Source of the DNA: Mobula hypostoma
Lineage: Eukaryota
Direction of reading: 5' to 3'
Assembly (NCBI RefSeq): GCF_963921235.1
Contig: NC_086097.1
Coordinates: 193,504,001 to 193,568,000, forward strand
DNA length: 64,000 bases
Within the stretch, counting starts at the first letter, position 1. The number at the start of each line of letters is the position of its first letter. Both the position numbers and the translations under genes were made by a program. The notes under the pieces are model-generated. The model was not told where the DNA came from. It made no database searches and saw only the letters and a list, made by a program, of their open reading frames with translations. Below, piece by piece: positions 12,419-27,800 of the stretch.

Positions 12419-15400
12419 GAGCCTGTACTTTTCTTAGACACAGGAGATGGAAAACTGAGCTGGGCGTCCTCCTTTGGTACAGAACATAGAAACGGGTCTC
12501 TTCTTAGACTCAGGACATGGGCTAACAGCAAATTGACCTTTTGTAACTGTCGTTATAATTGTGCAATTTTTTTTTCTGGAACTGATACCTTCAAACTTCG
12601 AATCACTTTCTTGAATTCTGTGAGATGCATTCTGGACAGGATTCCAGTGGGAGATTCTGCCTAGCGAGAGTTCGGGAAAGAGTGTTTGTGTCTGCTGGTT
12701 CCATGTTTTGCTAGATCGTTCTGTCACAAGTGTGGATCATGGGTGGACCTAAAGGCAGGACACAAATATGTTTTGTAACTTTAAAAAGAATTGAGTTTAT
12801 TAATCATTACTGGGAAAGCAGGGAAGCAAGGATTGTTCAGAGGAAGATCAAGAAGTGAGCAAATCAGAAGCAGGAATAAGCGTGGCTACACTCGGACCTG
12901 GACGTGGAACCTGGAATTTGGAGCTCGGGACCTGGACATGGAACTCGGGACCCGGACTTGGAACGTGACCCGGACCTGGAACTGGGAATATGGAACTTGG
13001 GACCAGGACATGGAACTGGGTACATAGAACTCGGGACCTGGACATGGAACTCGGAACCCGGACTTGGAACTCGGAACTTGTAACTCGGGACTCGGACCTG
13101 GAACTGGGAACATGGAACTTGGGACCCAGACATGGAACTCGGAACAGCAATCTCGGGACCAGGACATGGAACTCGGAACATGGAACTCGAGACCCGGACA
13201 TGGAACTGGGGACATGGAATTCGGGACCTGGACCTGGAACTGGGAGCATGGAACTCGGGACTCGGACACGGAACTCGGAACATGGATCTCGGGATCAGGA
13301 CTTGGAACTTGGGACCCGGACTTGGAACTGCGAACATGGTACTTGGGACCTGGAAATAGAACTCGGGACCCGGACATGGAACTTGGAACGTGCAACTTGG
13401 GAACCCGGACACGGAACTGGGAACTTGAAAGTGGGGACCCGGACTTAAAACTTTGAACTGAGAACATCAGAGGCTAGACTTGTAACTCGGAACATCAGAG
13501 CCTGTACTTTTCTTAGACACAGGAGATGGAAAACTGAGCTGGGCGTCCTCCTTTGGTACAGAACATAGAAACGGGTCTCTTCTTAGACTCAGGACATGGG
13601 CTAACAGCAAATTGACCTTTTGTAACTGTTGTTGTAATTGCGCAATTTTTTTTTCTGGAACTGATACCTTCGAATTTCATGTCACTTGCTTGAATTCTGT
13701 GAGATGCATTCTGGACAGGATTCCAGTGGGCGATTCTGCATAGCGAGAGTTCGGGAAATAGTGTTTGTGTCTGCTGGTTCCATGTTTGGCGAGATCGTTC
13801 TGTCACTAGTGCGTAGCATGGGTGGACCTAAAAGCAGGACACAAATATGTTTTGTAGCATTAAAAAGAATTGAGTTTATTAATCATTACTGGGATAGCAG
13901 GGAAGCAAGGATTGTTCAGAGGGAGATCAAGAAGTGAGCAAATCAGAAGCAGGTATAAGCGTGGCTACACTCGGATTTGGACTTGGAACCTGGAATTTGG
14001 AGCTCGGGACCTGGACATGGAACTCGGGACCCGGACTTGGAACTCGACCCGGACCTGGAACTGGGAACATGGAACTTGGGACCCGGACTTGGAACTCGAC
14101 CCGGACCTGGAACTGGGAACATGGAACTTGGGACCCGGACATTGAACTCGGAACATGGAACTCGGGACACGGACATGGAAGACGGGTCCCGTACTTGGAA
14201 CTCGTGACCCGTGCATGTAATTCTGAACATAGATCTCTGGATTGGGACTTGGAACTTGGGACCCAGACTGGGAACTTGGGACCCGGACTTGGAATTCGGA
14301 ACTTGGAACTTGGTACCGGGACTTGGAACTCGGAACTTGGAATTTTGGACCCAACTTGGAACTCGTGTCTCGGTCGTGGAACTCGACACCTGGACATGCA
14401 ACTCGGAAACCTTGAACTCATGACCTGTACTTGGAACTCAGGACCTGGACATGGAATTTGGAACATGGAACTCGGGCTCCGGACATGGAATTGGGAACAT
14501 GGAGCTCAGGACCTGGACATGGAACTGGGAATATGGAACGCGGGACCCGGACATGGAACTGGGGACATGGAACTCGGGTCCTGGACATGGAACTCGGAAC
14601 TTGGAATTCGGGACCCGACTTGGAACTCGGAACTTGGAACTCGGGACCCGGACATAGAACTCGGAACTTGGAATTCGGGACCCGACTTGGAACTCAGGAC
14701 CCGACCTGGAACTTGGAACGTGGAACTCGGGACCCTGGACACGGAACTCAGAACTTGAAGGTCGGGACCTGGACTTGGAACTTAGAACTGAGAACATTAG
14801 AGGCTAGACTTGTAACTCGGAACATCAGAGCCTGTACTTTTCTTAGACACAGGAGATGGAAAACTGAGCTGGGCGTCCTCCTTTGGTACAGAACATAGAA
14901 ACGGGTCTCTTCTTAGACTCAGGACATGGGCTAACAGCAAATTGACCTTTTGTAACTGTTGTTGTAATTGTGCAATTTTTTTTTCTGGAACTGATACCTT
15001 CAAACTTCGAATCACTTTCTTGAATTCTGTGAGATGCATTCTGGGCAGGATTCCAGTGGGGGATTCTGCCTGGCGAGAGTTCGGGAAAGAGTGTTTGTGT
15101 CTGCTGGTTCCATGTTTTGCTAGATCGTTCTGTCACAAGTGTGGATCATGGGTGGACCTAAAGGCAGGACACAAATATGTTTTGTAACTTTAAAAAGAAT
15201 TGAGTTTATTAATCATTACTGGGAAAGCAGGGAAGCAAGGATTGTTCAGAGGAAGATCAAGAAGTGAGCAAATCAGAAGCAGGAATAAGCGTGGCTACAC
15301 TCGGACCTGGACTTGGAACCTGGAATTTGGAGCTCTGGACCTGGACATGGAACTCGGGACCCGGACTTGGAACGTGACCCGGACCTGGAACTGGGAATAT

Positions 15401-18400
15401 GGAACTTGGGACCCGGACATTGAACTCGGAACATGGAACTCGGGACCAGGACATGGAACTGGGTACATGGAACTCGGGACCTGGACATGGAACTCGGAAC
15501 CGGGACTTGGAACTCGGAACTTGTAACTCGGGACCCGGACCTGGAACTGGGAACATGGAACTTGGGACCCAGACATGGAACTCGGAACATCAATCTTGGG
15601 ACCAGGACATGGAACTCGGAACATGGAACTCGAGACCCGGACATGGAACTGGGGACATGGAATTCGGGACCTGGACCTGGAACTGGCAGCATGGAACTCG
15701 GGACTCGGACACGGAACTCGGAACATGGATCTCGGGATCAGGACTTGGAACTTGGGACCCGGACTTGGAACTGCGAACATGGTACTTGGGACCTGGAAAT
15801 AGAACTCGGGACCCGGACATGGAACTTGGAACGTGCAACTTGGGAACCCGGACACGGAACTGGGAACTTGAAAGTGGGGACCCGGACTTAAAACTTTGAA
15901 CTGAGAACATCAGAGGCTAGACTTGTAACTCGGAACATCAGAGCCTGTACTATTCTTAGACACAGGAGATGGAAAACTGAGCTGGGCGTCCTCCTTTGGT
16001 ACAGAACATAGAAACGGGTCTCTTCTTAGACTCAGGACATGGGCTAACAGCAAATTGACCTTTTGTAACTGTTGTTGTAATTGCGCAATTTTTTTTTCTG
16101 GAACTGATACCTTCGAATTTCATGTCACTTGCTTGAATTCTGTGAGATGCATTCTGGACAGGATTCCAGTGGGCGATTCTGCATAGCGAGAGTTCGGGAA
16201 ATAGTGTTTGCGTCTGCTGGTTCCATGTTTGGCGAGATCGTTCTGTCACTAGTGCGTAGCATGGGTGGACCTAAAAGCAGGACACAAATATGTTTTGTAG
16301 CATTAAAAAGAATTGAGTTTATTAATCATTACTGGGATAGCAGGGAAGCAAGGATTGTTCAGAGGGAGATCAAGAAGTGAGCAAATCAGAAGCAGGTATA
16401 AGCGTGGCTACACTCGGATTTGGACTTGGAACCTGGAATTTGGAGCTCGGGACCTGGACATGGAACTCGGGACCCGGACTTGGAACTCGACCCGGACCTG
16501 GAACTGGGAACATGGAACTTGGGACCCGGACATTGAACTCGGAACATGCAACTCGGGACCAGGACAAGGAACTCGGAACATGGAACTCGGGACACGGACA
16601 TGGAAGACGGGTCCCGTACTTGGAACTCGTGACCCGTGCATGTAATTCTGAACATAGATCTCTGGATTGGGACTTGGAACTTGGGACCCAGACTGGGAAC
16701 TTGGGACCCGGACTTGGAATTCGGAACTTGGAACTTGGTACCGGGACTTGGAACTCGGAACTTGGAATTTTGGACCCAACTTGGAACTCGTGTCTCGGTC
16801 GTGGAACTCGACACCCGGACATGCAACTCGGAAACCTTGAACTCATGACCTGTACTTGGAACTCAGGACCTGGACATGGAATTTGGAACATGGAACTCGG
16901 GCTCCGGACATGGAATTGGGAACATGGAGCTCAGGACCTGGACATGGAACTGGGAATATGGAACGCGGGACCCGGACATGGAACTGGGGACATGGAACTC
17001 GGGTCCTGGACATGGAACTCGGAACTTGGAATTCGGGACCCGACTTGGAACTCGGAACTTGGAACTCGGGACCCGGACATAGAACTCGGAACTTGGAATT
17101 CGGGACCCGACTTGGAACTCAGGACCCGACCTGGAACTTGGAACGTGGAACTCGGGACCCTGGACACGGAACTCGGAACTTGAAGGTCGGGACCCGGACT
17201 TGGAACTTAGAACTGAGAACATTAGAGGCTAGACTTGTAACTCGGAACATCAGAGCCTGTACTTTTCTTAGACACAGGAGATGGAAAACTGAGCTGGGCG
17301 TCCTCCTTTGGTACAGAACATAGAAACGGGTCTCTTCTTAGACTCAGGACATGGGCTAACAGCAAATTGACCTTTTGTAACTGTTGTTGTAATTGTGCAA
17401 TTTTTTTTTCTGGAACTGATACCTTCAAACTTCGAATCACTTCCTTGAATTCTGTGAGATGCATTCTGGACAGGATTCCAGTGGGAGATTCTGCCTGGCG
17501 AGAGTTCGGGAAAGAGTGTTTGTGTCTGCTGGTTCCATGTTTTGCTAGATCATTCTGTCACAAGTGTGGATCATGGGTGGACCTAAAGGCAGGACACAAA
17601 TATGTTTTGTAACTTTAAAAAGAATTGAGTTTATTAATCATTACTGGGAAAGCAGGGAAGCAAGGATTGTTCAGAGGAAAATCAAGAAGTGAGCAAATCA
17701 GAAGCAGGAATAAGCGTGGCTACACTCGGACCTGGACTTGGAACCTGGAATTTGGAGCTCTGGACCTGGACATGGAACTCGGGACCCGGACTTGGAACGT
17801 GACCCGGACCTGGAACTGGGAATATGGAACTTGGGACCCGGACATTGAACTCGGAACATGGAACTCGGGACCAGGACATGGAACTGGGTACATGGAACTC
17901 GGGACCTGGACATGGAACTCGGAACCGGGACTTGGAACTCGGAACTTGTAACTCGGGACCCGGACCTGGAACTGGGAACATGGAACTTGGGACCCAGACA
18001 TGGAACTCGGAACATCAATCTTGGGACCAGGACATGGAACTCGGAACATGGAACTCGAGACCCGGACATGGAACTGGGGACATGGAATTCGGGACCTGGA
18101 CCTGGAACTGGCAGCATGGAACTCGGGACTCGGACACGGAACTCGGAACATGGATCTCGGGATCAGGACTTGGAACTTGGGACCCGGACTTGGAACTGCG
18201 AACATGGTACTTGGGACCTGGAAATAGAACTCGGGACCCGGACATGGAACTTGGAACGTGCAACTTGGGAACCCGGACACGGAACTGGGAACTTGAAAGT
18301 GGGGACCCGGACTTAAAACTTTGAACTGAGAACATCAGAGGCTAGACTTGTAACTCGGAACATCAGAGCCTGTACTTTTCTTAGACACAGGAGATGGAAA

Positions 18401-18834
18401 ACTGAGCTGGGCGTCCTCCTTTGGTACAGAACATAGAAACGGGTCTCTTCTTAGACTCAGGACATGGGCTAACAGCAAATTGACCTTTTGTAACTGTTGT
18501 TGTAATTGCGCAATTTTTTTTTCTGGAACTGATACCTTCGAATTTCACGTCACTTGCTTGAATTCTGTGAGATGCATTTTGGACAGGATTCCAGTGGGCG
18601 ATTCTGCATTGCGAAAGTTCGGGAAATAGTGTTTGTGTCTGCTGGTTCCATGTTTGGCTAGATCGTTCTGTCACTTGTGCGTAGCATGGGTGGACCTAAA
18701 AGCAGGACACAAATATGTTTTGTAGCATTAAAAAGAATTGAGTTTATTAATCATTACTGGGAAAGCAGGGAAGCAAGGATTGTTCAGAGGGAGATCAAGA
18801 AGGGAGCAAAGCAGATGCAGGAATAAGCGTGACT
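12419..18834 (+). repeat. Two-monomer higher-order repeat, period ~2.41-2.44 kb, ~2.6 copies
   Basis: Core types alternate: CACAAGTGTGGATCATG at 12419/14828/17253 versus CACTAGTGCGTAGCATG-like at 13498/15941/18366. Matching spacers lie at offsets 2443 and 2425 (e.g. 13934/16377, 15200/17625). Confidence 0.88.
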
Positions 18835-21800
18835 AGACTCGGACTGGGACATGGAACCTGGAACTCGGAACTCGAGAGCTGTACATGGACCTCGGAATTT
18901 GGAAGTCGACCTGGACCTGGAACTGGGAATATGGAACTCGGGACTCGGACATGGAACTGGGAACATGGAACTCGGGACCTGGACATGGAACTGGGAACGT
19001 GGAACTCAGCACCCGGACATGGAAGACGGGTCCCATAATTGGAACTCGTGACCCGGACATGGAATTCGGAGCATAGATCTCTGGATTGGGACTTGGAACT
19101 TGGCACCCAGATTTGGAAGTCGGAACTTGGAACTCCGTACCCGGACTTGGAACTCAGAACTTGGAATTTTGGACCCGAATTAGAACTCGGGTCACGGTCC
19201 TGGAACTCGACACCCGGACATGCAACTCGGAACCTTGAACTCATGACCTGTACTTGGAACTCGGGACCTGGACCTGGAAATGGGAACATGGAACTTGGGA
19301 CCTGGACATGGAACTCGGAACCTGGACATGGAATTTGGAACATGGAACTCGGGCTCCGGACATGGAATTGGGAACATGGAGCTCCGGACCTGGACATGGA
19401 ACTGCGAGTATGGAACGCGGGACCCGTACATGGAACTGGGGACATGGAACTCGGGTCCTGGACATGGAACTCGGAACATGGATCTCGGGATCGGGACTTG
19501 GAACTCGGGACCCGGACTTGGAACTCGGAACTTGAAATTCGGGACCCGACTTGGAACTCGGAACTTGGAACTCAGGACCCGGACCTGGAAGTTGGAACGT
19601 ATAACTCCGTTCCCCGGACAGGGAACTCGGAACTTGAAGGTCGGGACCCGGACTTGGAACTTAGAACTGAGAACATTAGAGGCTAGACTTGTAACTCGGA
19701 ACATCAGAGCCTGTCCTTTTCTTAGACACAGGAGATGGAAAACTGAGCTGGGCGCCCTCCTTTGGTACAGAAAATAGAAACGGGTTCTTCTTAGACTCAG
19801 GACATGGGTAACAGCAAATTGACCTTTTGTAACTGTTGTTGTAATTGTGCAATTTTTTTTTCTGGAACTGATACCTTCAAACTTCGAATCACTTTCTTGA
19901 ATTCTGTGAGATGCATTCTGCACAGGATTCCAGTGGGGGATTCTGCCTCGCGAGAGTACGGGAAAGAGTGTTTGTGTCTGCTGGTTCCATGTTTTGCTAG
20001 ATCGTTCTGTCACAAGTGTGGATCATGGGTGGACCTAAAGGCAGGGCACAAATATGTTTTGTAACTTTAAAAAGAATTAAGTTTATTAATCATTACTGGG
20101 AAAGCAGGGAAGCAAGGATTGTTCAGGGGGAGATCAAGAAGTGAGCAAATCAGAAGCAGGAATAAGCGTGGCTACACTCGGACTTGGACTTGGAACCTGG
20201 AATTCGGAGCTCGGGACCCGGACATGGAACTCGGGACCCGGACTTGGAACTCGACCCGGACCTGGAACTGGAAACATGGAATTTCGGACCTGGAAATGGA
20301 ACTCGGGACCCGTACTTGGAACTCGACCCGGACCTGGAACTGGGAATATGGAACTTGGGACCCGGACATTGAACTCGGAACATGCAACTCGGGACCAGGA
20401 CATGGAACTCGGGACCCGGACATGGAACTGGGGACATGGAACTCGGGACCTGGACATGGAACTCAGAACCCGGACTTGGAACTCGGAACTTGTAACTCGG
20501 GACCCGGATCTGGAACTGGGAACATGGAACTCGGGACTCGGACACGGAACTCGGAACATGGATCTTGGGATCAGGATTTGGAACTTGGGACCCGGACTTG
20601 GAACTGTGAACATGGTACTTGGGACCTGGAAATAGAACTCGGGATTCGGACATGGAACTTGGAACGTGCAACTTGGGAACCCGGACACGTAACTCGGAAC
20701 TTGAAAGTGGGGACCCGGACCTGGAACTTTGAACTGAGAACATCAGAGGCTAGACTTGTAACTCGGAACATCAGAGCCTGTACTTTTCTTAGACACAGGA
20801 GATGGAAAACTGAGCTGGGCGTCCTCCTTTCGTACAGAACATAGAAACGGGTCTCTTCTTAGACTCAGGACATGGGCTAACAGCAAATTGACCTTTTGTA
20901 ACTGTTGTTGTAATTGTGCAATTTTTTTTTTCTGGAACTGATACCTTCGAATTTCAAGTCATTTGCTTGAATTCTGTGAGATGCATTCTGGACAGGATTC
21001 CAGTGTGGGATTCTGCCTCGCGAGAGTACGGGAAAGAGTGTTTGTGTCTGCTGGTTCCATGTTTTGCTAGATCGTTCTGTCACAAGTGTGGATCATGGGT
21101 GGACCTAAAGGCAGGACACAAATATGTTTTGTAACTTTAAAAAGAATTGAGTTTATTAATCATTACTGGGAAAGCAGGGAAACAAGGATTGTTCAGGGGG
21201 AGATCAAGAAGTGAGCAAATCAGAAGCAGGAATAAGCGTGGCTACACTCGGACTTGGACTTGGAACCTGGAATTCGGAGCTCGGGACTCGGACTTGTAAC
21301 TCGACCCGGACCTGGAACTAGGAACATGGATCTTCGGACCTGGAAATGGAACTCGGGACCCGTACTTGGAACTCGACCCGGACCTGGAACTGGGAATATG
21401 GAACTTGGGACCCGGACATTGAACTCGGAACATGCAACTCGGGACCAGGAAATGGAACTCGGAACATGGATCTCGGGATCAGGACTTGGAACTTGGGACC
21501 CGGACTTGGAATTGTGAACATGGTACTTGGGACCTGGAAATAGAACTCGGGACCCGGACATGGAACTTGGAACGTGCAACTGGGGAACCCAGACACGGAA
21601 CTCGGAACTTGAAAGTGGGGACCCGGACTTAAAACTTTGAACTGAGAACATCAGAGGCTAGACTTCTAACTCGGAACATCAGAGCCTGTACTTTTCTTAG
21701 ACACAGGAGATGGAAAACTGAGCTGGGCGTCCTACTTTGGTACAGAACATAGAAACGGGTCTCTTCTTAGACTCAGGACATGGGCTAACAGCAAATTGAC

Positions 21801-24800
21801 CTTTTGTAACTGTTGTTGTAATTGCGCAAAAATTTTTTTCTGGAACTGATACCTTCGAATTTCACGTCACTTGCTTGAATTCTGTGAGGTGCATTCTGGA
21901 CAGGATTCCAGTGGGCGATTCTGCATAGCGAAAGTTCGGGAAATAGTGTTTGTGTCTGCTGGTTCCATGTTTGGCTAGATCGTTCTGTCACTAGTGCGTA
22001 GCATGGGTGGACCTAAAAGCAGGACACAAATATGTTTTGTAGCATTAAAAAGAATTGAGTTTATTAATCATTACTGGGAAAGCAGGGAAGCAAGGATTGT
22101 TCAGAGGGAGATCAGGAAGGGAGCAAAGCAGATGCAGGAATAAGCGTGACTAGATTCGGACTGGGACATGGAACCTGGAACTCGGAACTCGAGAGCTGTA
22201 CATGGACCTCGGAATTTGGAAGTCGACCTGGACCTGGAACTGGGAATATGGAACTTAGGACCCGGACATTGCACTCAGAACGTGGAACTCGGGCTCCGGA
22301 CATGGAAGACGGGTCCCGTACTTGGAACTCGTGACCCGGACATGGAATTCGGAGCATAGATCTCTGGATTGGGACTTGGAACTTGGGACCCAGATTTGGA
22401 AGTCGGAACTTGGAACTCTGTACCCGGACTTGGAACTCAGAACTTGGAATTTTGGACCCGACTTGGAACTCGGGTCACGGTCCTGGAACTCGGTACCCGG
22501 ACATGCAACTCGGAACCTTGAACTCATGACCTGTACTTGGAACTCGGGACCTGGACCTGGAAATGGGAACATGGAACTTGGGACCTGGACATGGAACTCG
22601 GAACCTGGACATGGAATTTGGAACATGAAACTCGGGCTCCGGACATGGAATTGGGAACATGGAACTCAGGACCTGGACATGGAACTGGAAATATGGAACG
22701 CGGGTCCCGGACATGGAACTGGGGACATGGAACTCGGGTCCTGGACATGGAACTCGGAACATGGATCTCGGGATCGGGACTTGGAACTCGGAACCCGGAC
22801 TTGGAACTGAGAACTTGAAATTCGGGACCCGACTTGGAACTCGGAACTTGGAACTCAGGACCCGGACCTGGAAGTTGGAACGTGTAACTCCGTACCCCGG
22901 ACACGGAACTCGGAACTTGAAGGTCGGGACCCGGACTTGGAACTTAGAACTGAGAACATTAGAGGCTAGACTTGTAATTCGGAACATCAGAGCCTGTACT
23001 TTTCTTAGACACAGGAGATGGAAAACTGAGCTGGGCGCCCTCCTTTGGTACAGAAAATAGAAACGGGTTCTTCTTAGACTCAGGACATGGGTAACAGCAA
23101 ATTGACCTTTTGTAACTGTTGTTGTAATTGTGCAATTTTTTTTTTCTGGAACTGATACCTTCAAACTTCGAATCACTTTCTTGAATTCTGTGAGATGCAT
23201 TCTGGACAGGATTCCAGTGGGGGATTCTGCCTAGCGAGAGTAAGGGAAAGAGTGTTTGTGTCTGCTGGTTCCATGGTTTGCTAGATCGTTCTGTCACAAG
23301 TGTGGATCATGGGTGGACCTAAAGGCAGGACACAAATATGTTTTGTAACTTTAAAAAGAATTGAGTTTATTAATCATTACTGGGAAAGCAGGGAAGCAAG
23401 GATTGTTCAGAGGGAGATCAAGAAGGGAGCAAAGCAGAAGCAGGAATAAGCGTGGCTAGACTCGGACTGGGACATGGAACCTGGAACTCAGAACTCGAGA
23501 GCTGTACATGGACCTCGGAATTTGGAAGTCGACCCGGACCTGGAACTGGGAATATGGAACTCGGGACTCGGACATGGAACTGCGAACATGGAACTCGTGA
23601 CCCGGACATGGAATTTGGAACATAGATCTCTGGATTGGGACTTGGAACTTGGGAATCGGACTTGGAAGTCGGAACTTGGAACTCAGAACTTGGAATTTTG
23701 GACCCGACTTGGAACTCGGGTCACGGTCCTGGAACTCGGTACCCGGACATGCAACTCGGAACCTTGAACTCATGTCCTGTACTTGGAACTGGGAACATGG
23801 AACTTGGGACCTGGACATAGAACTCGGAACCTGGACATGGAATTCGGAACATGGAACTCGGGCTCCGGACATGGAACTGGGAACATGGAACTCGGAACAT
23901 GGAACTCAGGACCTGGACATGGAACTGGGAAGATGGAATTTGGGACCCAGACATGGAACTGGGAACTGGAACTCGGCACCCGGACATGGAAGACGGGACC
24001 TGTACTTGGAATTCGGGACTCGACATGGAACTCAGTAATTGGAACTCGGGACCCAGACATGGAACTCGGAACTTGGAACTCGGTACCTGGACTTGGAACT
24101 CGGAACTTGGAGTTTTGGACCCGACTTGGAACTCTGGTCACGATCCTGGAACTCGGGACCGGACATGCAAATCGGAGCTTGGAACTTGGACCCATACTTG
24201 GAACTCAGAACTTGGAACTTGGGACCCGGACCTTGAACTCGGGACCCAGACTTGGAACTCGAAACTTGGAACTTGACCCGGACCTGGATCTGGGAATATG
24301 GAACCTGGGACCCGGACATTGAACTCGGAACATGCAACTCAGGACCAGGACATGGAACTCGGAACTTGTAACTCGGGACCCGGACCTGGAACTGCGAACA
24401 TGGAACTCGGGACCCGGACATGGAACTTGGAACGTGCAACTTGGGACCCCGGACACGGAACTCGGAACTTGAAGGTAGGGACCCGGACACAGTAGATGGA
24501 AAACTGAGCTGTGCATCCTCCTTTGGTACAGAACATAGAAACGGGTCTCTTCTTAGACACAGGACATGGGCTAACAAAAAATTGACCTTTTGTAACTGCT
24601 GGAATTGCGCAATTCTTTTTTCTGGAACTGATACCTTCGAATTTCAATTCACTTTCTTGAATTCTGTGAGATGCATTCTGGACAGGATTCCAGTGGGGGA
24701 TTCTGCATAGCAAGAGTTCGGGAAAGAGTGTTTGTGTCTGCTGGTTCCATGTTTGGCTTGATCGTTCTGTCACAAGTACGGATCATGAGTGGACATAAAG

Positions 24801-24899
24801 GCAGGACACAAATATGTTTTGTAGCATTAAAAAGAATTGAGTTTATTAATCATTACTGGGAAAGCAGGGAAGCAAGGATTGTTCAGAGGGAGATCAAGA

Positions 24900-27800
24900 A
24901 GTGAGCAAATCAGAAGCAGGAATAAGCGTGGCTACACTCGGACTTGTACTTGGAATCTGGAATTCGGAGCTCGGGACCTGGACATTGAACTCGGGACCCG
25001 GACTTGAAACTTGGAACTCGGGACTTGGACATGGAACTTGGAACTCGGTGTGCGGATTTGGAACTTGGAACTCGAAACCCTGACTTGGAACTCGAGACCC
25101 GGAATTGGACTTGGAACTTGGATCTCGGGACCTGGTCTTGGAACTTGGAACAAGGAACTGGGAACTTGAACTTGGAACTTGGAACTTGGGACATGGACTT
25201 GGAACTCGGGACCCGGACTTGGAACTCGAAACCCGGACTTGGAACTCGGAACTTGTAACTCGGGTCCCAGACCTGGAACTGGGTACATGGAACTCGGGAC
25301 CCGGACTTGGAAATCGGAACTTGGAATTCGGGACTCGACATGGAACTCAGTATTTGGAACTCGGGACCCAGACTTGGAACTCGGAACTTGGAATTTTGGA
25401 CCCGACTTGGAACTCTGGTCATGGTCCTGGAACTCGAGACCCACACATGCAAATCAGAGCTTGGAACTTGGACCCGTACTTGGAACTCGGAACTTGGAAC
25501 TTGGGACCCGGACCTCGAACTGGGAACATGGAACTTGGGACCTGGAAATGGAACTCGGGACCCGGACATGGAAGTCGAAACTTGGAACTCGACCCGGACC
25601 TGGAACTGGAAATATGGAATTCGGGACCTGGACATTGAACTCGGAACATGCAGCTCGGGACCAGAACATGGAACTCGGATCCCGGACATGGAACTTGGGA
25701 CCTGGACATGGAACTCAGAACCTGGACTTGGAACTCGGAACTTGTAACTTGGGACCCAGACCTGGAACTGGGAACATGGAACTCGGGATCCGGACATGGA
25801 TCTAGGAACACGGATCTCGGGATCAGGACTTGGAACTTGGGACCCGGACTTGGAACTTGGAACTTGAAAGTCAGGACCTGGACTTGGAACTTTGAACTGA
25901 GAACATCAGAGGCTAGACTTGTAACTCGGAACATCAGAGCCTGTACTTTTCTTAGACACAGGAGATGGAAAACTGAGCTGGGCGTCCTCCTTTGGTACAG
26001 AATATAGAAACGTGTCACTTCTTAGACACAGGACATGGGCTAACAACAAATTGACCTTTTGTAACTTTTGTTGTAATTGCACAATTTCTTTTTCTGGAAC
26101 TGATACCTTCGAATTTCAAGTCACTTTCTTGAATTCTGTGAGATGCATTCTGGACAGGATTCCAGTGGGGGATTCTGCCTAGCGAGAGTTCGGGAAAGAG
26201 TGTTTGTGTCTGCTGGTTCCATGTTTGGCTAGATCGTTCTGTCACAAGTACGGATCATGGGTGGACATAAAGGCAGGACACAAATATGTTTTGTAGCATT
26301 AAAAAGAATTGAGTTTATTAATCATTACTGGGAAAGCAGGGAAGCAAGGATTGTTCAGGGGGAGATCAAGAAGTGAACAAATCAGAAGCAGCAATAAGCG
26401 TGGCTACACTCGGACTTGGACTTGGAACCTGGAATTCGGAGCTCGGGACCTGGACATGGAACTCGGGACCCGGACTTGAAACTTGGAACTCGGGACTTGG
26501 ACATGGAACTTGGAACTCGGGGTGCGGATTTGGAACTTGGAACTCGGAACCCTGACTTGGAACTCGAGACCCAGAATTGGACTTGGAACTTGGATCTCGA
26601 AACTTGGATCTCGGGACCTGGTCTTGGAACCCGGAACAAGGAACTGGGAACTTGAACTTGGAACTTGGAACTTGGAACTTGGGACACGGACTTGGAACTC
26701 GGGACCCGGACTTGGAACTCGAAACCCGGACTTGGAACTCGGAACTTGTAACTCAGGACCTGGACCTGGAACTGGGTACATGGAACTCGGGACCCGGACT
26801 TGGAAATCGGAACTTGGAATTCGGGACTCGACATGGAACTCAGTATTTGGAACTCGGGACCCAGACTTGGAACTCGGAACTTGGAATTTTGGACCCGACT
26901 TGGAACTCTGGTCATGGTCCTGGAACTCGAGACCCACACATGCAAATCAGAGCTTGGAACTTGGACCCATACTTGGAACTCGGAACTTGGAACTTGGGAC
27001 CCGGACCTCGAACTGGGAACATGGAACTTGGGACCTGGAAATGGAACTCGGGACCTGGACTTGGAAGTCGAAACTTGGAACTCGACCCGGATCTGGAACT
27101 GGGAATATGGAATTCGGGACCCGGACATTGAACTCGGAACATGCAGCTGGGGACCAGAACATGGAACTCGGGTTCCGGACATGGAACTTGGGACCTGGAA
27201 ATGGAACTCGGAACCTGGACTTGGAACTCGGAACTTGTAACTTGGGACCTGGACCTGGAACTGGGAACATGGAACTTGGGATCAGGACATGGATCTAGGA
27301 ACTCGGATCTCGGGATCAGGACTTGGAACTTGGGACCCGGACTTGGAACTTGGAACTTGAAAGTCAGGACCTGGACTTGGAACTTTGAACTGAGAACATC
27401 AGAGGCTAGACTTGTAACTCGGAACATCAGAGCCTGTACTTTTCTTAGACACAGGAGATGGAAAACTGAGCTGGGCGTCCTCCTTTGGTACAGAACATAG
27501 AAACGTGTCTCTTCTTAGACACAGGACATGGGCTAACAACAAATTGACCTTTTGTAACTTTTGTTGTAATTGCGCAATTTCTTTTTCTGGAACTGATACC
27601 TTTGAATTTCAAGTCACTTTCTTGAATTCTGTGAGATGCATTCTGGACGGGATTCCAGTGGGGGATTCTGCCTAGCGAGAGTTCGGGAAAGATTGTTTGT
27701 GTCTGCTGGTTCCATGTTTGGCTAGATCGTTCTGTCACAAGTACGGATCATGGGTGGACATAAAGGCAGGACACAAATATGTTTTGTAGCATTAAAAAGA

